Source: Selaginella moellendorffii
Taxonomy: Eukaryota > Plantae > Lycopodiophyta
Assembly (NCBI RefSeq): GCF_000143415.4
Contig: NW_003314272.1
Location: forward strand, 2,381,728-2,445,727
Length of the DNA stretch: 64,000 bases
Reading direction: 5' to 3'
The notes beneath the pieces are model-generated. The model saw only the letters and a program-made list of their open reading frames with translations. It searched no databases and had not been told where the DNA came from. Both the position numbers and the translations under genes were made by a program. Below are positions 1 through 12,756 of the stretch, piece after piece (positions within the stretch are counted from its first letter, which is position 1; each line of letters starts with the position of its first letter).

Positions 1-2690
1 GCCCAAAGTGATCATCTCCTAGACTCTAGGGGGTTTAATGAGCTCCAAAAGGATAGTAAGGGGAGGACTTCAATGGAACTAGTTTAGCTAGGAAAGGCTA
101 ATATGATTATGGAAAGTTATAAATCATTAAGTCCTATTGATCTCTAGGATTTTCTCACTATGTGACCATATTTTTAGTCACTATACAAGAGGATTGCTCC
201 TCTTCCTTTACACAATTTAGAACTTTAGGACAACATTTTGAAACACCGTGGCCTTACACAAACTTTATAGGTACTTTCCCCACCTTCCACTCTTAGGTGC
301 TCTAGCCATATGGCTAAAATTAGGTTCCGATGAGCTACACTAGATATCTAAGTAGGTAATGCCACCTATATTTAATTAGGAGCATTGACTATTCAATCTC
401 CTACCAACTCTTAAACATTTTACTAAGTTACCCCACTTGTCCATTTGTGTTCATTCTGGCCTTGGACTCCTCAGTGGTTATATCATCACCCAACACATGA
501 GTAGGGCCTTTGGGCCCTAACCCAGTGATATTGTCAACAAGCATGGCCGTGGATGGAAAGGGACTTGGTAGGGACTAAAGAAGTGACATTAAGGAAGGTG
601 TAAGTGACTAATTTTTCCATTCTACTTTAGTCATTTAACCACACTTTCGACTACTTGGAAAAGTCTCATTTACAACTTCTATAAGTCCAATTCAGGACTT
701 GAGGCTTGCTAACCCCGAGAATGGCATCCATGCCACTCAACCTTTGCACTTGGTCCAAGTGCTCCACATGTCCGATCCCATGATCGACACCAAAGGTATC
801 ACTGACATATCAGTTTGTTATGCTAAGACCATGTCTATTCACCTTTGTCATATTGGTGATCCAACACCACCTATATCATAGTCCTATCTCTCAAAGACTA
901 GGCCATCTTTCCATGAATGGTCATCTTAGATCCACTCTTTAGCATCCTTAGGATGCTCGTAAACATAGGGAATAACCTTCTCCAATATCCATTTTTCAAT
1001 CCCCTCTAAGTCCCTTTTTGTCTATGGCCGTATTTGCCAACACTGCCATTGGATCAAGGCTCACAGGCCCGACCACTAAGTCCTCTTATTATTTAGGACT
1101 TACTCACTATGTGATTGCATCCTTGGTCACTACACCAAAGGACTACTCCTCTTCATTTTCACTATCTGGGAATTTGGGATAACATTTTGGAACATCATGG
1201 CCCTATGCAGGCCTCATGGGTACCCTCCCCACCTTCTGCCTTTGGGTGCTCTAGCCATGAGGTTAGAGTGAGGTTCCGTTGAGCCATGCCAGGTATCCAA
1301 GTAAGTAGTGCCACCCATGCTTGGACTGGGAGCATCGACCATTTGATATCTCGAAGGAACTAGAGTCAACTCTTGAACATTTTACCAAGCTACCCCATTT
1401 GTTAGTCTATATTCACTTTAGCTTTGGACTTCCTAGTGGTTATTTCATCACCCAACATCTGGGTACAACCTTCCTAGGCCAAATTGGCTCCACTGGGGTC
1501 CAACCCCCACACTCTCCTTACTATACTTTTGGAACCCCTTGCAGCCACCCCCCCCCTGGGGGATGATCGCTTTGGGCTTTCACCCAATAGCCTGTATTAG
1601 TATTCAGACTTGGACTCGAACTCGAACTCAGACTCAAACTCAGTCTTGGTCTTGGTTTTGAACTCGAATTCGAACTCGGTCTTGGTCTTGGTCTCGGTCT
1701 TAGTCTAAGTTCCATCTCGGACTCCATCTCAAACTCCATCTTGGGTCCATCTCGGGTCTATCTCGAGTCCATCTCAGACTCCATCTCGAACTCCATCTCA
1801 GGTCCATCTCGGACTCCATCTCAGACTCCATCTCGGACTCTATTTCGGGTCCATCTCGAACTCCATCTTAGACTCCATCTCGGGTCCATCTCAGGTCCAT
1901 CTCGGACTCCATCTCGGATCCATCTCAGGTTCATCTCAGACTCCATCTCGGGTCCATCTCGGACTCCACCTTGGATCCATCTCAGACTCCATCTCGGGTC
2001 CATCTTGGACTCCATCTCACATCCATTTTGGATTCCATCTCGGGTCCATCTCGAACTCCATCTCGGACTCCATCTTGGACTCCATCTCAGACTCCATCTT
2101 GGGTCCATCTCGGACTCTATCTCAATATTTCCATGTTTTTAGAGACTCACTTAGTGCTTGCTTCGGGCTCGTTCCTCGAGCCCTTCATTGGGAGTTCCAC
2201 TCTTACTCTCGACTTTTCAAGTTGGAGCTTTTTAATCCAAACCTATTACACTCGTTTGGCTTCCGCCTCGGCTCCACTTTGGGGCTTAGGGATTTGTGTA
2301 TCACAGAAGGGTGTTCCCCATGTCTCCGAGCATTCTAAGGATGCTAATATATGGTCTTGGGATGATCATTCATGGATAGATAGCCCAATCTTTGAAAGAT
2401 AGGATTATGGCACAGGTGGTCTTGGATTACTAATGAGATAGAGCTAAATGGATATGGCTTTAGCATAATAGATTGAGATGTCAATGGTACCTTTAGGGTG
2501 TTTATTATGGGATCGGATGCATAGAGCACTTGGACTAAGTGTAAAGGCTAAATAGTATAGATGCCATTCACGGGGCTAACAAGTCCCTAAGTTAGGAGTA
2601 AGATTTATAGAGGTTGTGAGTGAGGCTCCACCAAATGGTCAAAAGTGTGATTAAGTGACTAAAGTAGAATGGAAAATTTAGTCACTTACA
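1..2690 (+). mobile_element. Rearranged, degenerate family-A LTR fragments; the piece ~500-2690 is the host LTR interrupted by the solo LTR below
   Basis: Matches the A1 LTR (7497-8481) in mixed orientations; ends ...AGTAGAATGGAAAATTTAGTCACTTACA at 2690 like the A1 LTR end. Confidence 0.8.
599..2305 (-). mobile_element. Solo LTR of family A
   Basis: TG...CA ends, reverse-complement match to 6682-8481, perfect 5-bp TSD GAAGG (594-598 and 2306-2310). Confidence 0.9.
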
Positions 2691-2759
2691 CAATATTTAT
2701 TAACTATTTTTTTATCTCAATCTTGAGCTTGTCTTATATTCAACTTTGCTAACTCAAAC

Positions 2760-5700
2760 TTGTCTTACATATCCTCCAGAAAATCACAAGCATAAGACAC
2801 CTAAACCAAACAGCTTATAGCCATACATTGCAATAAATGGAGACATGCCAATAACTTATTAATGAGTGTTATTGTGAGAAAATTGAAGCAAAGGTAATTA
2901 CTTCTCCTATACACTTTATTGAGTCAAGTTTCCTATAAAAACTTTATCATATTTTTTAATAGTTGATTCATGTGTTTTGTCTACCCACCTAATTATAGAT
3001 GCTCACCAGTACTTATGCTCAACCTAGTCTTTAGCTTCTCTAGCTTCTATTTGCCAAAACTTTTAGATGTGAATTTGGGATCCTAATCACTCACAATGTC
3101 ACCTGGCAAACCATAGAGATTGAATAATTGGTTTATAAACAATTAAGAAAGTTCAAAACCTTTAATTGTCATCTTCACTAAGAAAAAGTGAGCCATCTTC
3201 ATTAAACAATCCACAATAACCCAAATAGCATCATTTCCTCGAAAGATCTTAAGTAAACTAGTGATATAAAATCTATCAAAATGCTATCCCACTTATCTTT
3301 GGATACATATAGAGGATGATAAAGGCGAGCAAGCTTCTGATGATCAACTTTGACCACTTGGCAGGTCAAATAACCACATATATACTTCTCAACATCTAAT
3401 TTCATCCTAGGCTAAAAGAAATGCCTCTTCACCAACACATATGTCCTTAGTACCCTTAGCTGTCCAGCATTTGGCATATTATAACACTCAACAAAAATAT
3501 TTTTGATGAGTTTATCATCTCATATCTCTATCATTCTTCAAATCTATGGAGGTGTCCCTCAATAAAACCTTCATGCAAATATCAGTGATAAAGGAGTTGA
3601 AGTCAACAAAGTCTTTAAGCTTATTCAAGAGATCATTAAATAACTTCACAAAGGAATTTCCTATAGAAACTCTTGGCAGCCTCAAATATCCTTTTGATGA
3701 CTGAAATAATGGAGACACTAATTTAGAATTTTGATTTATATAGATAATGTTGCCATTCCTTTACAACAATGATCACAACATATAACTCCTTATTTCAAAT
3801 TCCATTGTGTGGCATCACACTTATGGCTTATGTATGCTAGAGGATGCCCAAATTGAAGCAATACAACCCTAATAGCAATATCACTCACATCTATTTTGAC
3901 CATTAGAGGCTTCTTAAGATAAAAAAACTTCAATACGAGAGCAAAAACACAACACTATTTCAATCATTAAAATATCACTTGACATTTTTTATCCCAACCA
4001 TGAATAATAGCATGTTTTGACATGTTCTAAAGAAGATTGATCAAGGGAGCAACTATCTTTAAAAAGTTGTTCACAAATCGATGAAAAACTCCAGCTATAC
4101 TAAGGAAACTACAAAAATCATACACTATCAAAGGTATAAGCTAATAAATGATAACTTAGATCTTTGTAGTATTAACTCACTAAAATCAAATGCCCACAAT
4201 ATCCAATCTCCTCTAAAAAAAACCTGCACTTGAATAACTAAGTAGAGTTTATTGTTTCTCAAGAGTTGCAAAACACTTTGCACATGCATCTTATATTCCT
4301 CCATTGTAGAGCTAAACACTAAGATATCATCCAAGTAATCGATTGCAAACTTCTCCAAGTAAGGTTATAAAACTTGATTCATCAACCTTTGAAAAGTCAC
4401 AAAAGCATTTGTCAAACCAAATGGCATTACCAAAAACTCGTAGTCATCTGTCCTCATCCAAAATATAATCTTTAGAATATCCTCTAGCTTGACACAAATC
4501 TAATGATACCCTTTGCCTCAAATCAATCTTTATAAAATATCAAGCACTACGAAGATGATCGAGTAAATCATTGAAATGAAGAATTGGGAATATATTTTTC
4601 ACCATTCTATCATTCAATCCCTTATAGTTCACATGTTATGTACCATTTTCCTTCTTGATCATCATCACTAGAGTAGACTAAAATGACTTACTTGAGACTT
4701 ACTTATTTGTAACCACTCTTTTCAAAGGTATTCAATAAGCTACTTATTGATCTCCTCATCTTCAATAGGACTAGTATCAATTGGCTGTCAATGATAAAGA
4801 GTAACTCTAGGAACCAAGTTGATTTTATGTTAAATCCCATGTTCCAAAGGCAAACCATTAGGAAACTTATTTGAAAATAAGTCATGGAACTCCTTCTATT
4901 TCAAAGCATTAATCAATCAAGTATCACTATTCTCTGTGTTGAGAATCTCTTTCATAGTGCCACCAATTGTGATATGCTAAATATTGCACTCCCAATTGAT
5001 CCTTAGCTTCCTATCATAAAACCATTCCTTCCCAAGAATAATATATATGACCAAGATCCATAACTTAGAATGAAGGATGGTCAAGGAACCCCTAAACAGT
5101 CAAAGGAACACTCAGAGCCTATTCACTATAAACATGAGTGCTATATCCATTTGTTACAACCACTTTATAAATTATTGAGTTCTTTTTCATAAGCAAACCA
5201 AGTTTCTTCACCACTTTGGAAAATCAAAAAGTTATGTGTAACATTTGGATTGAAAAGAATATTAATTCACTACTTTGAGTGTCCCTCTTAGCCTTCATAA
5301 GTTGATTGCATATAGCACCATTGAGTTAATATGAACTTGAAACTTTCACCACAGGATGTGAAATAGATTCCACCACATTCACTTTAATATTCTTCTTTCA
5401 AGAAAATAATCTTTGCATTAATGTCTAGCTTTGTGGCACTAAAAATAATTACCCTCCACTTTATTCCTCTCACGTTGGTCTGAATGAAATTTTTTTGCCT
5501 CATTGCTATCTTCATTCTTCAAGCTCTAATGTAACAATGGCTATTTCTTCCCTGAATAAGCTAATTGGTCATTATGTTGACTTCTTTGTTGATCATTGCA
5601 TTGACCATTGAGTTGATAAGTGGTTTTCACAAAAGATTTTAGACTTAGTGATAGCATTAGTCAACATTATTAAAAAATCCTTTTTAACCTTTTGTTACAC

Positions 5701-5835
5701 ATCCACTAAATTTAAACCTTTAATGAAACATTACACATTTAGCAACTCATTATAGATGCCCATAAGACTAAGGTAAAGATCATAGAACTTATGGGTATAT
5801 GCATTAAATGATAAAGTCCCCTACTTGATCTCTAG
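2760..5835 (-). pseudogene. Highly degenerate Ty3/gypsy 'G0': 3' gag, protease, RT, RNase H, integrase remnants
   Basis: Fragments FAIDYLDDILVFS (RT YLDD), VMPFGLTNA-like at ~4410, CQVVK..HQK..KWDSILIDFI (integrase), LEIK*GTLSFNAYTHKF (gag) at the right edge; many stops. Left boundary approximate. Confidence 0.85.
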
Positions 5836-6681
5836 GAGTGCAAACCATACTTGAGCTCACGAGTTAAAAAGTTGAGCTCGTGAGTTGAGCTAAAGTTTTA
5901 ATTATATTTTAATACAAACATTAAAAACTTTAAAATATTACGGTTATGGCAAACTTAATAATTTCATAATTCTTTACATATTATATAGATAAAAAATGTT
6001 CTAAGGAACACTTCTTGTTCTAACAATTTAAATATTTACTACATGCTATAATAGGGATGTTTGTTAGAATATAAAATAAGATATTTGCAGAAAAAGTATT
6101 CTTGTCACTCCCTTAAATCTGTACTTTGTGCTTTTTGGCTAGTAAATGTTAGATTTATTAGAACTAAAAAATTATTAAATTCGAAATAAGATTCTACGTA
6201 AAGCCATATAACCATTTGAAAGAAAAAAAAACATTAATGTAAGCTTATTGCATATAAAAGAAAGACTTAGTTCTTTTCTAGAATAAAGGGTTTGTTATAG
6301 CATACTATTTAAAATTTATAGATCTTCATTCACACTCTTATTCGAAAAAAGGGAAATACACACAAATGTTTATAAGTTCTAGTATTGGTAATTTTTACTC
6401 TCACAATTTTTCTTCCCAAGGTTTAAGGGCTAGGAGATGCAATAACTATCCCATTGCACAACATAACCAAAGAATAAAAAAGAAGATAGTGAGGATAGTG
6501 ATCATGAGTTATAAATAAATGCAATGACAAAGGGCACAATAAATTGGGTGAAAAAAAATGCCCTCTTACTTGTTGCAATTCTACCACTTTCAAAAAATGC
6601 CTTATATGTTTTCTAGTGTTTGGTGGAAACAATGGCGATGATCACTATGATGGTATATATGCTCTTGTGACACTTTGCAAC
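5836..6681. mobile_element. Left arm of a putative DNA transposon 'D' inserted in G0 gag
   Basis: G0 gag stops abruptly at ATCTCTAG (5828-5835); the same 8-mer (reverse complement, 24044-24051) flanks the other arm. Terminus starts GAG; subterminal TTGAGCT repeats; AT-rich interior. Confidence 0.65.
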
Positions 6682-6916
6682 TGTGAGACACAAAATCCCT
6701 AGGCCCCAAAGTGGAGCTGGAAAGGTGCCATGTGGTAGTGGCCGAAGCGAAAGCCAAACGAGCATAACACGTTTGGACTAAAAGTTCCGATTTGGAAGGT
6801 TGAGAGCGGGAGTGGAACTCCCAACAAAGTGCTCGAGGAACAAGCATGAAGCGAGCAATAAGCAAGGCTCCAAAAAGGGACACAAAAAGGACCAACACAT
6901 GACACGTGGAAGTGTC

Positions 6917-7480
6917 CGAGATGGAGTCCGAGGCGGACCCTAGTTGGAGTCTGATATGGAGTCCGAAGTGGAGTCTGAGATGGAGTCCGATATGGAGTCC
7001 GAGATGGACCCGAAGTGGAGTCCGAGATGGAGTCCAATATGGAGTCCAAGATGGACCCGAAGTGGAGTCCGAGGTGGACCGAGACGGAGTCCGAGATGGA
7101 CCCAAGATGGAGTCCGAGATGGAGTCCGAGATGGAGTCCGAGATGGACCTGAGATGGAGTCCGAGATGGAGTCCGAGGTGGACCGAGACGGAGTCCGAGA
7201 TGGACCCGAGATGGAGTACGAGATGGACCAAGATGGAGTCCGAGATGGAGTCCGAGATGGACCGAGACGGAGTCCGAGATGGAGTTCGAGATGGAGTCCG
7301 AGAAGGACCCGAGATGGAGTCCGAGGTTGAGACCGAGACCGGGACCGAGACCGAGACCGAGACCAAGACCGGGACCGAGACCGAGACCGGGACTGGGACC
7401 GAGACCGAGACCGAGGCCAAGGCTGAGACCGAGCCCGAGCCCGAGCCCGAGTCCGAGTCCGAGTCCGAGTCCGAGTTCGA
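6917..7480 (+). repeat. Tandem 12-bp (GAGATGGAGTCC) and 6-bp (CCGAGA/CCGAGT) arrays inside family-A LTRs
   Basis: Directly visible; related arrays at 1610-2125 and 27450-27745, and GAGATCGAGTCC-type arrays in the B LTRs (31850-32080, 38140-38400). Confidence 0.95.
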
Positions 7481-10400
7481 GTATGAGAGGGTGAAAGCCC
7501 AAAGCGTTCGTCTCCCAGACCCTGAGGGGTTTGGTGAGCTCCAAAAGTATAGTAGGGGGAGGACTGCAGTGGAGCCAGCTTTGCCAGGAAAGGCCAGTTT
7601 GGCCTAGGAAGGCCAGACCCAGTGTTGGGTGATGAACTGACCACTGGGAAGTCCAAGACTAGAGTGAATATGGACCGACAAGCGGGGTAGCTTGGTGAAG
7701 TGTTCAAGAGCCGGCTCTAGTTCCCCCGGGAGATCGACTAGCCGATGCTCCCAGTCCAATTGTGGGTGGCACTACCTACTTGGATACCAAGCGTGGCTCA
7801 ACAGAACCTCGCTCTAAGCCCATGGCTAGAGCACCTAAAGGCGAAAGGTGGGGAGAGTACCCAGGTGGCTCGCGTAAGGCCACGGTGTTCCGAAATGTTG
7901 TCCCAAAGGCCCAGACTGTGGAAAGGAAGAGGAGCAGTCCTCTGGGGTAGTGACCAAGGACACAGTTGTGTGGTGAGGAAGTCCCAGAGGACCATGGGAC
8001 TTAGGGGTCGGGCCTGTGGGCCTCGATTCAGTGGCAGTGTTGGCAAACACGGCCAGGGGCAGAAAGGGACTTGGTAGGAACTGACAAAGGGACTTTGGGG
8101 AAGGCAGTTCCCCAGGTCTGTGGGCATTCTAAGGATGCTAAGGAGTGGATCTAGGATGACCACTCGTGGACAGATGGCCCAGTCTTGGAGAGACGGGATT
8201 GTGATGCAAGTGGTATTGGACCACTAGTGCGGCAAAGGTGAATGGGCATGGCCTTAGCGTAACGGGCCGATATGTCAGTGGTGCATTTGGGTGTAGGTCT
8301 TGGGACCGGACATATGGAGCACTTGGACTAAGTGCAAGCGATGAGTGGCATGGATGCCATTCTTGGGCTAGCAAGCCCCAAGTCCTGAATTGGACTTAAG
8401 GAGGTTGTGAATGAGACTCCTCCAAGCGGTCGAAGGTGTGGTTAAGTGACTAAAGTAGAATGGAAAAATTAGTCGCTTACAACTTGGTATCGGAGCTGTT
8501 CCTTAGTCCGACTTTTATTGGTGCTCAAGTATATCACCATTGATGTTGGCATTGGAAGGTCCTAGGAGGGGGCCTATCCTTGAGGAGTAGCATGTCGAGA
8601 GGACATGGCTCTCCACTCAAGTTCATGCGTGAACTTGGGCACGATGTGGTGGATAGGAAAGGGCCAATAATAGAACGACTTTGGGATCTTGGGAACAGTA
8701 TAAGGTTTCCTCTGAGAGCTGAGGATGTGATCCAGATGAGCGTTTGACGCAGCAAACGGGCTAACGTAGTTGTGGTAAACAACTATAATTGGGATCACGG
8801 GAAAGATGTAGACTCCAAAATAATAAAGGAGTCACAAAATTACCCTCATATAGTTGAGGCCGGTGCTCATAACTTTGAGACTGGAATTGATGACCATGGG
8901 AGGTCAAATATAGGAGAGGACACAAGTCCTCGAAATGGTAGCTGAGGTTACCCTTGATAAATGCTGAAACAACCCAAGGAGTTGGGGATGTACTTAGAGG
9001 ATGAGTTGGTATTCTCATCACATGGACAAGTGGTCCTAAGAGGCATAAGGTTGCCCCAAGAGAACAAATCAAGTGTCGGAGTAACACTTGCAAAGATGGT
9101 CCTTGTGAGTAGGACCTGAATACAAGAAGTTGTATTCCAGTGAGCTAGCACCTCAAAGGTAGGACCTCATGGGTCATCGGATGACAAAGTCCAAAAAGCT
9201 GGATGACTCCAATAGAGTCAAGGAATAATCCTAAAAGATTGATGGAAGCATTTGGACTGAGTGGTACCCCACGAAGGATGGGGGGCTTCATAGGATCCAA
9301 GGATGAGAACAGAGGGTATCTCATCGATGGCAAAATGTGCCATGCTAAAGTCGTGGGAAGGGTGTTCCCAAAAGAAAACAACTTTGAAACAAAGTTGTGT
9401 GTGACCTCTATGGTGCAATACTAACGGTTGGTTGGCATGAGAAAGAGTGGTATTGGTCTTGGCAAAACCTTAGACACAAAGAAGAAGTGTCATAGAGGTA
9501 GGCTCGTGGAGCCGATGGTGTGGACACACCAAATGTGCCAAGGTGTGGTACCTTGAGGCTATGTTGGTGGGTTCATGAGAACCCCTTGCCAAAGGAATCC
9601 CAATGGAAATGGGAATGGCATAGCCTAAGTTGCAGAGCATGCAGTTGGAGTGTGGTGACCCAGATAATGATGGAGGTGTGGAAGCACCAGCAATGAGTTG
9701 TAGAACTTAACAACTATGAGGCAACTAAGCAAGAGGTGCAAAATAATTGGTTAAACGGGTAGAAGGTAGCTACCCAAGCCTTCTTAATGGCATAAGGAAG
9801 TTGGATATACCCTTACGGGGGATAAGTTGCTTATGTTGCAATATGGTAAGTCAATGTCATGAAAGGAAATACTCATTGTCAAGGAAGCCGTCATTGGGAC
9901 ACCAGAACGCTCTAGAACACCAGGAGGTGGTGTTTGATGTTGCAAGGGCAATAGATAAGGCCCAAGGGACTAAGTCCCTAGCGAATGATGGATAGAAGGT
10001 GCTATCCAAATGTCCAAGGTGGCGGAGACAGGAGAAGACTGTCTACTTGAATTGGACAAAGCCAAAAATGGAATTTTGGCAAGGCTAGCAATGGGCATGT
10101 AAAGGCCCATAAGCAACAACGTAATCTCGGTGTGTGGGATTATAGGGTGAGCATACTTGGATTAAGGAACCACTCCCTAGGCTATCGGGTAGGTTCATCC
10201 CTAAGAATACTTGCTAAGGCATGATAGAAAGTGCAAAGATATCCTCCTGGTCTGGAGGAGAATGACCAAAGGAAAGGTGTGAAGCCAAAAGCAAGAAGTA
10301 AGGGGGTAGAATTGAATCATAGGAATCGAAGGGTATAACCAAGGTTGGTTATGCTAGCTGGGAGTGGAGAATCAAGTGGGGGCTCGAGGGTGTTGCCGCT

Positions 10401-10964
10401 AGCAACCGTGATGCCATGGAGAGTCTAAAATATGGAATTGTCCATGTTAGACTATATAGTAATTGGAAAGCTTGCAAAAAGGGAGGCCTTAGCAAGCTAA
10501 GGGACAGGGTTCCTTCAAGGTTCCCAAAGATGATTCTAGGTAGCTTAGTACCTAGAAAGGCCAAGGGTAAATGGTTCAAAGCACGCGCGAAATCAGAGTG
10601 GCACAGCAGAAGCGTGGTCTTGAAGCTTGCCATGAGGCAAGGCTATCAAGGTTAGGGAAGTAGTTCCCGAGTGTTCAAAGAGAGGGCTTTGAACGAAAGT
10701 CGATGATCAAGGGCTTTCACGCTTGTGCAGGAACCATGTTACAGTGGTCGGAGGACTTGCCAAAGTGAGATTGGCAAGTCAGGGGAACAAATACCCTAGT
10801 TGAAGGTGATAACTTCAAAAAGGGTGGGCCATGGGGCCAAGCATGGAGGAGTCCATGCATGATCATAGACTTGTCAAGTGAGAAGACTTGGCAATGTGGA
10901 GGAACTAGGTTCCTAAGCTGTGATCTGTAGCGCGCTTTGAGTATAAGTTGGTGCACCGGTATGG

Positions 10965-11372
10965 GGAGTCACGCCAGGCATCCTGGGTGATGCCTTCCGT
11001 AGATGCATATACGGAGGTTGGGTTCGAGTCCCAACCCTCTAGTGCTTGGGTTCGAGTCCCAAATCACTAGGGCGTGGTGATGGTTTGGAATATGAGGACA
11101 CTCATATTTCGGTGGTCATGGACTCTCAGTGAGGAGACTGGTTTGGGCACACCGCCAAGCGAGGGATGCCTCGGAGTCGTGATGCACGGTTAGATTGCTT
11201 AGAGTGAAAGCTCGGCATATCTAACTTGAACACTTTGGTGCAAAGGGCACCAAGGACGTGGTGAATGAGATGGGGACACCCAAGTCTCAGTTGCTATGGA
11301 TCCTTGGCCGGAAGGGCTGGCTTGGGCGCACCGCCAAGTGTGGGGGATGCCCCCGGGGTCATAGTCAACAAC
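10965..11372 (+). other. Conserved structured RNA/DNA module with two GGTTCGAGTCCC (T-loop/B-box-like) hairpins
   Basis: Hairpins at 11016-11036 and 11046-11062; homologous module with compensatory changes in B at 32226-32478 (- strand) and in A2 at ~15290-15510. Confidence 0.75.
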
Positions 11373-12756
11373 TTAGAAGGGTCTGGAAGACCTAGTCCCT
11401 ATTGATAGACCTATTAAGGGATCAAGATAAGATCACTAGGTGATCTTGTGGCTAAACAAGGACAAAGTCTTTGTTTGGGTTAAGAAATATGATTCCTAGT
11501 TCAAAGTGTTGATTTGAACCATTGATAAAGGTGTGGCTTGGTTGAGGTGACCAAGTGGGAAGCACACCTAAGGGAAATGAGCTATGTCAATGCTATGGCA
11601 TAGTAAGTCCAAGGAAAGTAGTCTCTATAAAAGATCCAAGGGAGGGTCTCAAAAAGTTGGGCCGTGGATAGAGCCCACGACAGAAAATGTTAAAGAGACG
11701 TACTAGGGGTGAACACCCTTTGGACTTGGCAAAGCAAAGTGTTTGCTATGGAACCGAAAGGAAGCCTTAAAAATGGAGGTAGCAATCCTATGTTGCTTGG
11801 TGCAACAATCCAACGATAGGAGCAAAAGACGAGTGCCCAAGATAGGGCCATGGAATCCATTGGAAAGAATCCAAGTGGCAAAGTTAGCCAAGGAACACTA
11901 ATGTGTTTCATGCTAACGAATTGCGGAAAAAGAAGTGGACTTCCAAGGATGGATTCCCAAGTGCTCCAATTTGGCAAAGGAAAGGCTCCAAGTGAAGGAG
12001 CAACTAAGTAGCCAAAAGATAGGGCCATGGACAGGCCTAGCACAAATAATGATAAATGGAACGTAATGCCAATGGTGGCACAAAAATAGAAAAGAGGATG
12101 AGGGTGCCCTCGAGTAGAGAACTTCCTAGGAGGGGAAGTGGAGTTGCACAAAATGTGCAAAGCAAGGTGTCGGAGACACCTAGGAAATTGACTTCAAGAA
12201 GTCAAAAGTAAACGTTCCAAAGTGCAAAAGTAGATCAATGGAATTTGTGACTACTCAAGAATGAGTAGTGGAATTGAGTTAGAGAGGGTGTCTCTAACGG
12301 GTTTAGCGAGAACTAAACCAATAAACGGAAAGAACCACCCCAAGTGGTCCAATCAGTTTTTAAGTTGGAGAGACTATCCTCCTTAGAGGATGGACAAGGC
12401 ATGGTGAGCCTTCGGGGTCAAACCATAGACAAATATTGGCTGGGTGCCAAGGATGGGAATGGTAATACCTGCGGGTGTTACTTTATAAAAGGGTTTACCG
12501 TTCGATGAGGATATCGAACTTCATCTATGGGCGGTGGAGTTGTGAGACACAAAATCCCTAGGCCCCAAAGTGGAGCCGGAAGGGTGCCATGTGGTAGTGG
12601 CCGAAGTGAAAGCCAAACAAGCGTAACACGTTTGGACTAAAAGCTCCGACTTGGAAAGTTGAGAGCGGGAGTGGAACTCCCAACAAAGTGCTCGAGGAAC
12701 AAGCATGAAGCGAGCAATAAGCAAGGCTCCAAAAAAGGACCCAAAAAGGACCAGGA

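Larger units (their letters stand above)
6682..12753 (+). mobile_element. Family-A non-autonomous LTR element A1 (LARD-like): 5' LTR 6682-8481, PBS 8485-8496, ~4 kb internal region without a recognisable ORF, PPT to 12540, 3' LTR truncated at ~12753
   Basis: TGTGAGAC...GCTTACA LTR; TGGTATCGGAGC (tRNA-iMet type PBS); GGGCGGTGGAGT before the repeated TGTGAGAC at 12541. Confidence 0.88.

Noticed and set aside
6917-7330. CRISPR-like array
   Set aside because: Contiguous tandem units with no unique spacers; eukaryotic LTR context.
6602-7707. Long overlapping ORFs (also 1521-2402, 27195-27954, 31822-32279, 38060-38451)
   Set aside because: Artefacts of the stop-free 12/6-bp LTR repeats.
9590-9630. 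PQWKWEW, an integrase-like peptide in the A internal region
   Set aside because: Isolated; no supporting flanking motifs.
10975-11062. tRNA gene
   Set aside because: Two T-arms, no proper acceptor stem or canonical cloverleaf spacing; reported as a structured module instead.
11280-11372. Hammerhead, twister or HDV ribozyme (retrozyme)
   Set aside because: Catalytic core consensuses could not be matched by eye.
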